Shown piece by piece: positions 13,619 to 26,600 of a DNA stretch of 64,000 nucleotides (position 1 is its first letter; each line of letters opens with the position of its first letter). Made by a program: the position numbers and the translations under genes. Source of the stretch: Gonapodya sp. JEL0774 (lineage: Eukaryota); assembly GCA_027604505.1 (NCBI GenBank), contig JADIIX010000040.1, forward strand, positions 62,001 to 126,000, in the 5' to 3' direction. Under the pieces are notes generated by a model. That model made no database searches. It had not been told where the DNA came from and worked only from the letters and a program-made list of their open reading frames with translations.

Positions 13619-14308
13619 ATGGCAGTAACCTTTCGATCGACGCTTCCCCCGCCAGACCTGAAATCGCGAATCAGTGAATCTTACGATGCAATCGCGCCTG
13701 CATACAATTCCTGGACCAAGCAGCATCACCCTCTCCGCGAAAAATATCTCGACCTGCTGTTTGAGTTCTGTCCCACCCTTAAACTCTCAGAATCAGCAGT
13801 TCTTGAGCTTGGATGCGGTGCGGGAATTCCCACACTGAACAAGATCCTCTCCTGTAATCCGTCACTCCAAGCAACGGGTATTGACTTATCCTCCAAGCAG
13901 ATAGCACTTGCCAGGGAGAATCTAGCTCCTTACGTTGAAGAAAAGAGGCTCACGTTGAGAGTTGCAGATATGGCAGATCTTTCCTTCCCACATGAGTCCC
14001 TGGACGCTGTAGTAGCGTTGTGGAGCATAATTCACATTCCACAAGGGGAACAAATCGACACTTTGAAGAGGATCGGACAATGGTTGAAACCAGGCGGCTG
14101 TTTTTTGGCAAATTTTGCCGCTGGGGAGGGAACGGAGGGCGTCGTGATGGAAAATTGGTTGGGAGACAAGGGATGGATGTTTTGGAGTGGTTTGGGTGAG
14201 GAAAGGACGAAGACAGCTGTTGCAGATGCTGGGCTCAACCTGATTCTCGCGGAGACAGCAGGGGATCAGACCGACAAGTTCCTTTGGGTCATTGCGAGGA
14301 AAGTTTAA
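13619..14308 (+). CDS. Class I SAM-dependent methyltransferase, intronless, 229 aa
   Basis: Single ORF with VLELGCGAG (motif I), GIDLSSKQI, LDAVVALWSIIHIP and WLKPGG. Confidence 0.9.
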   Translation: MAVTFRSTLPPPDLKSRISESYDAIAPAYNSWTKQHHPLREKYLDLLFEFCPTLKLSESAVLELGCGAGIPTLNKILSCNPSLQATGIDLSSKQIALARENLAPYVEEKRLTLRVADMADLSFPHESLDAVVALWSIIHIPQGEQIDTLKRIGQWLKPGGCFLANFAAGEGTEGVVMENWLGDKGWMFWSGLGEERTKTAVADAGLNLILAETAGDQTDKFLWVIARKV

Positions 14309-16684
14309 TCGGAAGATTGGAAAGCAGTGGAATTCCATAATGCCAGCAAACTTGTCTACTGTATTCAGTCTGTGAGAGGGTGCAACAATGAGCTCAGCTT
14401 CGCACTATCCTAGGCATGCTTGTCTGTGAAACGGAAACAAATTCAGCTCCTCTGTCTGGCTTAAACACAAACATTTGAACAAAAAAATACAAGGGTGATG
14501 CTCGTGCCCCGTCAATTATTGGGATCTGGAAATGTAGTACATCAGTAACTCAATCTCAATTTACTTGGTGTCTGCTTTTAACTCTTGTATTACAGTATGG
14601 TTGGTGCCTGTACAATGAATGCCGGCGTCAATTTCCGCAGTGATTTGTTGTAACTAACGTGCTTGGGCTTGACAAACACTGTCACGGTATTGACATCCCT
14701 CTGCTCAAAAGTTACCGATGCACCAATTCAGATAGTGGATGTCCGAAGAAATCCATGACCCGTGTCTCATCACGTGTGAAATTCGAAATTCCAAAGCAAG
14801 AAGAGGTGAAGGCATTTTAACTACCTTTCGTCACGCATGTGTGGCACTTCAATGATCAAGTGAGATTGAGGCAGCAGAGTGGGGCGATAAGCAGAGAAGC
14901 AGTTTGGCCTGCGAGAATGTGTATTACTAACCTGTGAGATGGCGGCGCGCACGGCGATCAAGTTTGATTCTTTGATGATTGGCAAGGGTGGGGGTAGGGC
15001 TGCATGCTGTGCTTGGACACCACCAAATTAAACGAATGACCGTACATAATCGAGAGTTCCACTCATCAATTCACGCAGTCAAAAAGTCATCGTGTAGAGG
15101 AGATTCTTGGCCAACCTGGGATGACCATCGCTCGAACCATGTCTGACATAGGCACTTCATAAACATCTACTAGTGAATAAAATTTGTCTGAAAAAGCTGA
15201 TCCTGTGTTCGGGCAGTCAAATTAATAACAGGAGTCCACATATTCCAGATGACAAGGCACACCGCACCCCATCACCAACTCGGAGCAACCAGCAGCGAAT
15301 CGAAGTCAATCGCCGTGCGCACCGTTTTCTTCTCATCAGGTCAGTTTCCCACTACAATTGTCGTAGACCAAACTGCTTCTCTGCTCGTTGGTACCGATCG
15401 GGGACGCGTCTTTTCCCAAACGCGACGCGTATTGCGCCATGACAGGGAATGAAGATGACGAGTGATGACTCTAGAGATGGGATGGGTGAGGTCTGACACC
15501 AAACTTGGTCGTTTTGGAGTAGCATTCAACTACATGTCTGGCGCGGCCCAACACTCGAGGCGTCTTGCACCGCCGTTCTTGTTGTGGTTCTTCTTCTCTA
15601 GCCACGGTGCAGCATTTTCTTCTCTTTTGGACTCTTATCGCCGCCCATCTCCTCGCCCGCATTCTTCCCCAACCCCCTCCCGAATGTGCTCATCGCCCCA
15701 CTCTGCTGCCTCAATCTCACTCTTGTTAGACCTGAACGCTAACCTTTCTCCATGATAGCGTAGTGCCGGCCTCTCCCCATGACGACCCGGACGTGGCTTT
15801 GCCCGACATGCGCCATGGCGTTCCAACCCTCCAACAAAGAGACGTTTCCGTCCGCTTGCTGGTTCTCAGCTCCTGCGACAATGTGCACTGATGAGAAGTC
15901 GCTCAACTCGCCCCCAAGCTTGTGACGCTTCTTCTTGATGATGTGCACGGTCGGTTTCTCCCCGACAGTTCAGGAAGGGGTTCTGGCGGGTCGCGTTGTT
16001 GCGTGTCTTGGGGGTGGGTTCGAAGTCGGGATCCCAACCTCGATAGGCGAGCAAGGGAAGCGCCTGCTGTTCATGCACCTGGCCGTGGGGTGGGGTGCTT
16101 TACTCGGTGCCGGCCCGACGGAATGTTGAACATCCGAGAGTCGCAGGCGAACACAAGTTTTGGGACAGAGGAGAGGCGACAGTCTCTCCTCGTACCATAC
16201 GTTTTATTTTTTTAAACTTGCAAATCAATGAACGCAGAAGATGGAACCATCTGATACCAAGCAATCTGACACCAAGCACGTGGTGTCATATTGTGTCTCT
16301 GGAGGTGTTACAAACATCTCACAACATATTTTCACACCTTTGGACTTTCTAAGTTCAAGTTCGCAAAGTGCACGTTGTGTATTGCCCCTCAAGTGTTGTG
16401 GAGCCCCGCACAAATTGCTCCGTTCCTGTGCGGAACGGGAAATGCGGAGCGAGCTTCGACACTTCAACACCGTCGTCTGGGTATGCTTTTGAGCGTCGCC
16501 GTTACGCCCATTGCATGTGTGCGGTGATCTGTGCCGTGCGGCGTTGCCACCGTCGAACAGGTGCTGGAACTACTGGGAGAGGTAGTGACCCTGGAGATAC
16601 TGATGGAAGGTGGAGCTTTGGTGCGGTGCGGTGGTGGAGGACGCAGCATTTCACGTGTGTCAGCGCGCCAACCGGCAGCGCGCG

Positions 16685-16986
16685 TGGATCACTCCGCACC
16701 AGACCAGACCAGACCCACAGTTGATCCCAAGTTCCTAGTTCCGAGTCCCAAAACGTGAAAGGTGACACGTTTTGGCACACAGGGTGTCCGTATATCTGGA
16801 TCTGGATCTGTTCTTCGGTGGACTGATATTTCATATACACATCTGGTGCATGTATGTGGGACCAAGCGTTCGAGAAGGTGACGGGGTGGGTTGTGAGGGG
16901 TGGATGTGAGGTGTACGTTTTGGACCTCGGGAGTGAAACTTGGGAATGAAGTGCCGTGGGTGAGGTGTAGGCCGGAGCGGATACCA
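16685..16986. repeat. Degenerate foldback / MITE-like inverted repeat
   Basis: 16721-16757 (ttgatcccaagttcctagttccgagtcccaaaacgtg) matches the reverse complement of 16914-16950 (ttcattcccaagtttcactcccgaggtccaaaacgta). There is also an internal perfect 10-bp hairpin, ccaaaacgtg-N8-cacgttttgg, at 16748-16775. Confidence 0.55.
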
Positions 16987-18428
16987 TTGAGAGGAGAATA
17001 CAAAGCACTTAATACAGAATGAAATAAGACACATTATTACGTAGCGAAAGAATGGGGTTGGGAAACTGCGAATGCCAGGTGCCCGCGAACGGACGGAGAA
17101 ACCGGTGATGAAAATCGGGGGTGTGGGAATTGAGAGTTGGACCGTGACCGTTGACGAATGAAATCAGGAACGAGGGGCTGTTTCTGGTGAAATTCAATTA
17201 ATAATTTATACAATCTTTCGTTGGAGGCGAACCCAGTTGTTGAGTACACGCGGATGCTACAGTATATGCAAATTGAATAGGCGGTAAATAACGTATCCAA
17301 TCGTTTTGAGATTTGGTTGAGTATTATCATACGAGTATACCATGCAACATACAGAATTACACGCAGGAAATAAAACATAATTGGCAAGAGCGAAGTTTCA
17401 TTTTTGCTGGGAGCTGAGCTTTGGCGTGGTTTCCTGTTTCCTTGTGGCGATGCCCTTGGCGCGGAACATCGAATACGGGAACAAGTAAAAAAAAGGACAC
17501 GGCGGCCCTTGAACCGAGTCATACTTAGTGCCAGATTCCTTGTGTTTCAAAACCCCCCGATCCCAAAAGACAAGTCCAACACCCACATTATTGAAAAACT
17601 CCGGATCACATCGAGGACTCTTTTTTCTTTCTTTCTTTCGGTTTCCATCGCGAGCCTCACAGCTCCAAGGAACAGCGTACGAGGATTGCGGGCGGCCGGA
17701 GTCAGTGCAGTGGACTGCAGATTGGGACGAAGAGGTGGGTTGACTGTTGGGGTTGGGGGCATTACGTTGGTGAGGGCCGAGAGGGCGGAGGCGAGGACGG
17801 GGAGGACTGGGGGGAAGACAAGAGGCAAGGAAGGGGGGCAAGAGGATGGAGGGGAGCTGGGGCAGGCAGGGGAGAATTGGTAGATTGAAGATATTGAGTT
17901 TGGAGTTGGGATTGGTGGTGGGAAGGGAACGAGGGAAAACGAAGCGCAGAACGAGGGCCGCAAGGTGCTAAAGAGTGACAGAAGAAGGAAAATGGGAATG
18001 AGAGTGACAATGAGGGGCTGCGTGGATAAGGGGCGAGCGCGCTGGTCGCATCGCATCGGTTCTGTTTCGATATCTCCAGTGTCACCGGTGTGGACACCGC
18101 TCCCATTGACGAGTTTGGCACAAGACCTAAGCAGAAAGCAGTCCAACCAGCAAGTCCGACTGAGAGCTTGGGTTCTCTATGAGTCGGTAGCCTGCACTCC
18201 GACGCTTACGAGGGGAACGAATACGAAGGGACACGGACGGAGCAAAGCTTATGAGAAAGAAAGGAGGCGGGCGATATCCCAAGCGAAGGGAAGAGAAAAC
18301 GAAAGCTCTCGTCCAGGACACGAGAAAATACCGTGAACTTGTCCGGTGGCATAATGTGCATGAAGACACGACTCACCTCATATCCCCACCACCCCTTCCC
18401 ACCCACCCACACAAGGAACCCGCACTCA

Positions 18429-21400
18429 ATGTCTTCAACACTTCAGAATCCACTCGCTCCATCCCGCCTCATCCACCCTGACGTGGCCTCTCTCCTCTCT
18501 CCCCCGTCTCCCGCGTCTCCCGCGTCTCCCCCGTCCCCTTCCTCCCCATCGTCGCCTTCTCTCCCATTCACCTCCCACCAGGCACAGCCCAACTCTCACT
18601 CCCACACCCACTCCCGCCGCACATCCGCCCCTCCAAAACCCCAAACCCTTCTCCACAAACTCTTTCACCTCCACGACGCAGAGTCAAATACCTTCCACCA
18701 CTCTCACACTCCTCACCCACCTGCCACCCCAACACTCTCGTCCGAACCCCCCTCTTCAAACCCCTCGTCACCCCGCACTTCCGCCAGTGACTCAGACGAC
18801 ATCCGCTCCCTGGCAAAATCGGTCGTGGCCGAGAAACGACCCTCGGCAGGCTCACTCATGATGGAAAAGCTTTTCCACCGCGCGCCCAGCGTCAGCTTGT
18901 CCTCGGCTCCATCATCTCCTGCTGTCACGCCCCAGCCCGCACATCCCGCGTCCACCTCCCCCTCCCTCGGCCCCAAACCCCTCATCCCCGCTCCCGTCTC
19001 CCCTTCCTCCGCATCCTCCTCCTCCTCCCCCACCGAATCCACCGACTCCTACTTCCCCTCTCCCTCCACGTGCCGCCTCCCAGCGTCCATCCCCCCCGGT
19101 GCTGGCGCCGGCGCAGCCCTCACTCGCGAAACTCCGGCTCCCTTGCCCGTGTCAGAGGCGCCAGTCTCACCGGCCGGTACGACACCGCCGGCCACGCCAG
19201 ACATTGCGCAGGCACCGACACCCACAGGCACACCTTCATCAACACCGTCATCAACCACCACCACCAACCCTTCCCTCAAACCCCCTGCCGACCCCCACCT
19301 AACCCTCCACCAGCCCACCTCGTCCCGCCCCTCCCGCGACCACCGATCGCCCACCACACCCACGTCAACCTCAACCTCGACCTCCTCCGACACCTCCCGC
19401 ACCCGCCACAAATCCACCGGCAGGTCCCCCGCCCGCCCTCACCACCACACTCACCACACCCACCATCACGGCCCCCCAACGCCCCGCGCCACCCCCTCAC
19501 CATCCACAAGCGACCCCCTCTCGGCTCTCCGGCGGGCCGGCGCAGGGGGCGCAGGGGGAGACGCAGCGACACCCACGCTGGCAGAACGGTGGGGCGACGT
19601 CGGGGACGAGATCATCGGACGGGGGGCCACCAGTGTGGTACGGCTGGTCAGGGGGAGGTGTAACGGTGTCGTCGGTGTCGGTGGGGCTCCTGGTGGGCCC
19701 AAGGACGCCGTGACCGCCACCATCACCACCCCGCCCACGCCGACCACAACCGCCGCGCCGGGGGTGGGAGCACCGGGGGCACCGGCCCAGACGAAGGGAA
19801 AGGAAGAAGTGTACGCCGTCAAGGAGTTTCGGAGACGGAGGAGGGAGGAGAGCGAGAGGGAGTATGTGAAGAAGGTCACGAGCGAGTTTTGTATTGGGAG
19901 GTGGGTTGAATGGAGTAAGGGGTGGGGTTGGGGGTGAAATGGGAAGCGGGAGGGGGGGAATGCAGGGGGGTCGGGTATTTGGATCGAGAGGGTGAAGTGC
20001 TATGAAGTTTTGAAGTTGCGGGGAAAACCCCATGTGTGGACGAACGACAAGAGCCGACCCAAACCTGTCGTGTCTCCCGCCCACTCTCCAAACCCGTTCT
20101 CATACCCCTCACCTCCACCTTCCCCCGCCCCTCCCAGCTCCCTCCACCACCCATCCATCATCTCCACCCTCGACCTCCTCCGCACCCCGACCGGCTCTTG
20201 GTGTGAAGTCCTCGAGTACTGCACCGGCGGTGACCTTTGCGCGCTCATCCAGCAGGGCGGCCTGGCCTACGACGAGGCCAACGGTTTGTGGTGCCAGATG
20301 GTCAACGGAGTGGCGTACATGCATGGGGTGGGCGTTGCGCATAGGGATTTGAAGCCGGAGAATTTGGTGGGTAGAGGAAAAGACGGAAGAAGAGGGTTGT
20401 TTGGGGGCTTGCGAGGGGAGAAAATGGTGATCTAGCTTTGTGGGGTGGTTTGCCAGTGGAGGCCGTGGCTGAACAAATGAGAGCGGGATGGGGCGCAGGT
20501 GGAGGTGACACGGTCGGGGGTCTGTGGTTGTGAGAAGGTGTGGCTGACTGCACGGATCCATTGTTTCCTTGTTGGTCCCCCTTCCCCCACCCTCCCTCAC
20601 ATCCAGATGCTCCAACCCCCCAACACCCTCAAAATCACGGACTTTGGCTCCGCCGAAGTGTTTCGCACAGTCTGGGAGACCGAACCGCACAAGTCGCGGC
20701 GGCTGGCCGGGTCCGAACCATACATCGCGCCGGAGGAGTTTACCGAGAAGGAGTTCGATCCGGTGAAGGTGGATACGTGGGCGTGTGGGATAATGTGAGT
20801 TAGGGGGAAGACGGGGTTGCGGGGTTGGGGTTGGTGGTGGGATTGCATATTTTTTTTGCGTTCGGCAAGTCTTTCCGTGTTGCTTCTTCTCATACGTGTT
20901 GACTTTCGTCCATTTGGTCCCTTGCCACACAGCTACCTCACCATGATCTACAACCGCATCCCATGGCGCGCCGCCACCTCTAACGACGCCAACTACTCCT
21001 TTTACCTTAAGTGTCTCCGTCGCATGGCCGCCGCTGCCGCGGCCCAATCGCCCACCTCCCCGGCACCCTCTCTGTCCCCTTCCTCACCTACCTCGCCAGG
21101 CGCCGCAACCCCTGAAATTACCACCGGGTTCCCAATGCTGGACCACTTACCGGCCGGTCCTCGGAGTCTCATGCTCAAGCTCCTCGACCCGGACCCGTCC
21201 CGGCGGATCACGGTCGTGGACGCCCGGAAGGACCCCTGGTTCCGGAGTGTGGTCAAGGAGCGTGTGGCGCGGGGTGATCAAGCGCTGAGCAAGAGCGACG
21301 TTGAGACGGAGCGTGGTGGTGGTGCCGGGCTTGGTGCGGGGTTGGGCAGCAAGGTCAGATCGCACCACGGGGCGACCAAGCCGGCGGGGATGGCGGCGGT

Positions 21401-21452
21401 GGTCGGGGCGGCGGGGGGGAAGGCGGGCGCGGGGGGGAAGGACGGGAAGTGA
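18429..21452 (+). CDS. Fungal HAL-family (HRK1/SAT4/NPR1-like) Ser/Thr protein kinase
   Basis: Exons 18429-19900, 20138-20366, 20607-20794 and 20933-21452. Motifs are [42 protein letters not shown] (HAL signature), HRDLKPEN, KITDFG, GSEPYIAPEEF and VDTWACG. The N-terminus is long and Ser/Pro/Thr-rich. Confidence 0.93.
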
Positions 21453-22444
21453 GACGGGCGGGTCAAAAAGACGGGCATTGCACTTTCTTTCCCCCGTGTG
21501 GCCTGTCCCCCTGTTGTTCGGTGGTTTGTGTGTTCCCCGTTGAACGTGGATCCGGGGAGCCGTCACTTTGTTGTACATATGGAGCTTTTTTTTGTACCCA
21601 CCAACCCTCGCTACGATATCCTTTTCCCTGGACGTTGGCATGCTGGAAACTTTCTCGGCCCCATCTCATCTCACTGGACCATTATCTCCACTGCCTCTTA
21701 TTTTTCCTTTGTTCCCTTTCCCTCCCTTGTTTTCATCCAACTCCCTTAACCTCACAACTCTCTATTCGGATCAAGACTCTTTCCTGGCGTGGCTTAACTG
21801 GAATGGACTTGACTGGACGGGGAGAGATGGTAGGACGAGGGTTCGCGCATTTCGCGGAGGGTAAAAAAGAAAAAAAGAATTTTACGTAAACGATGTCGAA
21901 AACAAAGACTGGATACAGGACTCGTCTACGGACTCCGTGAAGCGACAGTGGACTTGTGACTTTGACGTTGCCGCGGGGGACGGGTACTGGGTTACGCACC
22001 AAACACCAACTTGACTGGCATTGCTTTTTTTATGGGACGGTACTCAGACAGTGGTGCGTGACCCGTTTAGACCATCTGGTTTATTTCTGAAGGATGAAGG
22101 AACAGAGAAAAAAAAAAGTAGAACAGAAAAGGAACCCCAACCGGACACAAACATGAAACGTATCTGGTTTTGAGCTGAATTTTCCCTCATATCTTTTGTT
22201 TTCGTAGCATTATATAATAAAATGGTCTGTTGTGGTGAAAAATCTGGCATGTGGAAACTGGATAGAAATGTGGGTCGGAGGTTGGAGAGATGTGCGGGAC
22301 CTGGTTGTGCTTTGTCGTCTTCAACCCATTTCGTGCTGAATGAGCGTTTCACTTTCGAAACGCTCAGTGGCATATAAATGACTATATGTAAATGGCAGTA
22401 CACATGCAGATACCCCACGCGCTCCTCTAGAATCCGACCCCGCG

Positions 22445-23567
22445 TCACGACCTCTGCTCCGGAGGTTTCCTCTTTTCCGTTTTCCGCTTGTACCACAACT
22501 TTCCCCCCGAGGTGGTCTTTTGCTGGACCTCGTTGAATTTCTTCTTGTACCATTTCCGCCGGTCCACGTCCGCCATGACCTCTTCCACCAGGGTTTTTTT
22601 GCGTTCTTGGGCAGTGAGGCGGGAGGAGTAGAATTCATGGGGGGAGTCGACGATGGTGGCGATCTGAGGGGGTGGTTTGAGGTTTTGGTGGCGAGAAGAA
22701 GGATCAAGGGAGAATTGAATCCCACACACACCTGAAAGTGCTTGGGGAGATCTTTCCCCTTCTTATCGTCCCGCTTAAAAAAACGTTTGGGGTCGAGCAC
22801 ACCGCGCATCTTGAGCAGCTGGAGGTCACGCTTGAGTTCTGGTGTGAGTTCTGGCGTCTTGAGGTCGAACCAGTTGGAACCTGCGGTGGTTTCCTGGTGC
22901 CGGCAGTGTACGTGATGTGGTGAAAGTGTAAGGGACTTTCGGTGAAGAGTGGCGGCTGGGAGAAAACGGACGCGTATTCCACGCACCTGGGAGTCGATGT
23001 TCGAGTTCCCCTGTGTTTTCTTTCTTTTCCCAGTCGCCTTCAAGGCATCCTTATCCCGCGTTTCAGCGTCCATCTCTAATGCGATCTCGGCATCCAGTGA
23101 CATGACGGCGGTGCTCTCGCCGGATGAGATAATTGTAGAACGCAACGGTTTGGCCAGTTCCGAGATCCCAGGATCAAGTCGCGAAGACACTCTAGCCGGA
23201 AGTATGTCCGATTAGACAGTAGTCTATGAGAGTTGACATCTGACCGGATCTCACCGGACTGGCCGTTTCCGTTCCTGATGATTCTCAACATCGTCACTGG
23301 AAGAACCGGCAGTTGTTCAATCATCACAAGTACATACTTTGGACTCGTACATAGAAAGCCACGAAAAAATCACCTCTTGACCGGGTCTGCGGCGCCTCTC
23401 TTCCGCTTTAGTTGGCGGGTAGCTCTGGCAATGAGTTCGTTTATGTCCTCTTCGTCAGTTGACAGATCGTTCTCGTCCAGGGATTCCCGGTCTTCCGCAT
23501 CTTCTTTCTGGGGTTCGGGATTGGGGATACGGGGAACGTCCTCGAGAGAGTCGATTACACGGAGCAT
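22445..23567 (-). CDS. FCF2: rRNA-processing protein Fcf2 (DNTTIP2/TdIF2 C-terminal family)
   Basis: TAGSNWFDLKTPELTPELKRDLQLLKMRGVLDPKRFFK..LPKHFQ/IATIVDSPHEFYSSRLTAQERKKTLVEEVMAD. ATG at 23567, stop at 22445-22447. Confidence 0.92.
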
Positions 23568-23674
23568 TGTTGAGTTGGAAGGAGATACACAAGGGGGATG
23601 GTGTGAACAGGTTTTCTTGTAGAACACAGCTGGTGAGCAAAGCTGCTGACCCCTCACAGCACCCCGTCACCACA
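23568..23674. promoter_or_regulatory. Putative bidirectional promoter between FCF2 and the USP gene
   Basis: Divergent ATGs only 107 nt apart. Confidence 0.5.
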
Positions 23675-26600
23675 ATGCCCAGTTCGGAAGACGAAGACTA
23701 CGAGGAAATTCTGGAAAGCGACGATGAATATATGGATGAAGACGGCCCTCCAAAGCCAAACTTCCCCATGGAGGTCGGATTCGAATGGGTGGAGGATCGG
23801 TCTTGCGGGACTGGTGAAGACCCGACAATGGAAGATGTGATCGAAAACAAGATGGAACTCTGGAAGCTCATTAAAGGTATGCCGTAATCGCATTCCGGAA
23901 CGGCCGTGGATCTCTTGAAATGAATCAGGCACAAATCACATTCACTAAGAACCAGCAAGTCTCGTGAGAGGGCTTGTGATCCTCGGATGGGGAATGGACA
24001 GCTACACCAATTACATGATTGAAGGAGTGCAAAGTGATGAGACTCGAGAGTTTGTCGATTTCATTGTCCATGTTACGCGCTACATTTGCGACACCTTAGA
24101 GTCAGTCGCAAGTTCCCGCTGTTGCACTTCAATGTTTTTTGGGCGAATCTCCCTTATTTCATTTGCTATCTGCCTCCAGTGTCCTTAATCTACCGATGCG
24201 GGCGAGGAAAACCGTCGTTCGGTTTGTCCGCCGTGTCCTGCTCTTTTGGTATGCCAATATTGCGGCGGCAACAGACGCATTTCCGGATATTGGACCGGCT
24301 AACGTGCTCGGGCGAATACTGCTCTCTGAAAACAACCAACTCGAATCGAAGGAGGTGGGTGGAGCCAGTGTTTGGTCCTTTCCGCACTTGACTTGTCCCG
24401 CACGGTACTGCAGAGCATCGCCTACATTATACACTCTTCCCTCGATTTAGAAGTCCTTCAATATGAATTGGATAGTCCGCTGGGGCTGTTGGTATAGTGT
24501 GGCACGGGGTGTGTGTATCCGCCGCGTCAAAGTCAACTGACGCTGACATCCCTTAGATTCGAGGGTGTAAGTGCAAGGTTTCAAAGTGAACTTCATAACC
24601 TCGAATCTCCCTTTGCCTTACCGAATTTATATGAACTGGTGCAAGTCTATACTTGGTTTTTGCCTGTTTGGAGTGGGTGCTCCATCTGCACCATTTCAAC
24701 AATCTTGACACTCAACGGGACCTCTCCTCGACACAGAAGAAAACGAGTACCTCCGCTTCTTCGATCTTCTCAAGCAGCTGTACACCTTTCTGGCCGACGC
24801 GTCGGACGATGTTCTCCGCGACCACCTGATCCCAAAGGACCCACGCGTGACGGGTCTCCACGCCACGTACATGCTGCTCATCGAAGCAGCTTGTTCGATC
24901 TCCCTTAAAGCGTTTGGCGCGCACTTGATATTTCATGGGAACGCACTCCTGGGATTGGCAGTGCGAGAGTACAAGTTCTACTCTCATATGGCGCTGAGGT
25001 TGATGGGGATGCAGGACTTCAAGGTTCGTGTGCTGCTTTTGCGGGTTCGTGTTTTCTGCGGTTCCTACACTCTATTTTCCATACAAAAGCGGATCATCGA
25101 TATGCTCAGCAGTCGACACGTCGCACTTACCAAAAAGCGTGAACTGTCCAGGTGGGTTCATCGTGCGGGTGTTTGTGCTTCTTCTGGTGAAACTAAGACA
25201 ATGGTTTCGATTCTCCGCCATGTGTCCAGCCTACTTTTGAATACGCTCAAATCCGAGGAGGTGAGTGAAAACAAACGGGCATTTTCTTCCTTGTCTGGAA
25301 GTACTTGAACTTCAACTCCTGCCATCTCTGACAGATTGTGAAATCTCTCTTTGGTACCAACTTGCACGTGGAGGTACTCTTCTGTTGTTCTCCTTATCCT
25401 CGTTCAGAATACCTCAATCTGTGTTTTCTAAAATTCAACAGCTCGTTAGTCGTTCTTTGGAAGTGTTGTCATTCATGGCACGATGTGACGCGCTCGGGGT
25501 GGAAGACATGGATATCATTTGGGGCGCACTCATTCAGGTATGTACTTGGGCAAAGCACAAGGAACCTCGCATTGCCTTCCTTGACTTGACTTTGATGAAT
25601 TCTTCGATTCCATAGCCAAACCAACACCACTCAGTCCGCGAAGCGCTCTGGACGCTGTTGGAGCGTCTCGTTATGTCTCTGGCGGACGACCTCAGATCCC
25701 ACCTGGCGTCCAAAGTATCCGAATACCTTCGCCAACCAGGCGTCGGGGTGGCGGACGGCAACGCGCTCAAGCTGCTCGATTCGTGCACGCACGTGGCCAT
25801 GGGCAAGGGATCGCAGGTGAGACGAGTGTGTCAACGAGAGTGGGAGTGGACATGCGGACATCTTACGAGGACCCTTGGCAGTCGGACTCGGTCTCTGCTG
25901 GTATCTCTGTCCTGTACGGTCTCTTCAAGTCGACTCCGTCAGCGCAATGTGGCGCTATATGGGATCGACTTACCACACAGATCGCTAGGGCGAGTGACGA
26001 CAACATGTCAGTTTTAACCCTTGATGCATCGTGATTTTCTTGTCCTACTCATGTTCGCTTGACTCATTTGTAGTCGAGATATTTTGATGGCTCGCGTTTT
26101 AAGTGACCTCGCCAGGCGAGAGCAATCGACCACCCCGGTACTTCATACGCTTGCACACATTTTAAGTGAGGAGACACGATAAAATGTTTTCCGCATTCGA
26201 TTTATTTCTCAAGTTCGTTTCTCGTGTTCAGCGTTGGAGAGACAGCGAGAGTTGCAGAACGCGACTATTCAAGAATCCTACACGGACAGATTATGCGAGA
26301 CTCACGGTTTAGTGGGCCTTCTGTTCGAAGATATCGCTCATCGGAAGAAACTTGCATATTTAGAGTCGCTTGGGAACGGTGGTTTGATCTGGACTTGATT
26401 CTTGCGATGTTGTTTAATTCCTGCTTCTCATTTATCCAGAACTCGACCTCAACAACTACCTAGCGGAGTTGAAAATCCGGTTGGAGTTTACAGCAAAATT
26501 TTCCACTTACGGTATGAAAGCTAGGGACTTATTTTTGTGCACAGAAGTGATCCATTTCATTTGGAGACTTCTTGTGGTGGGCGCGATTGCTCCGCCCGAG

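Noticed and set aside
18435..21641. Many long alternative-frame and antisense ORFs over the kinase
   Set aside because: Expected in GC-rich low-complexity coding DNA that is poor in stop codons.
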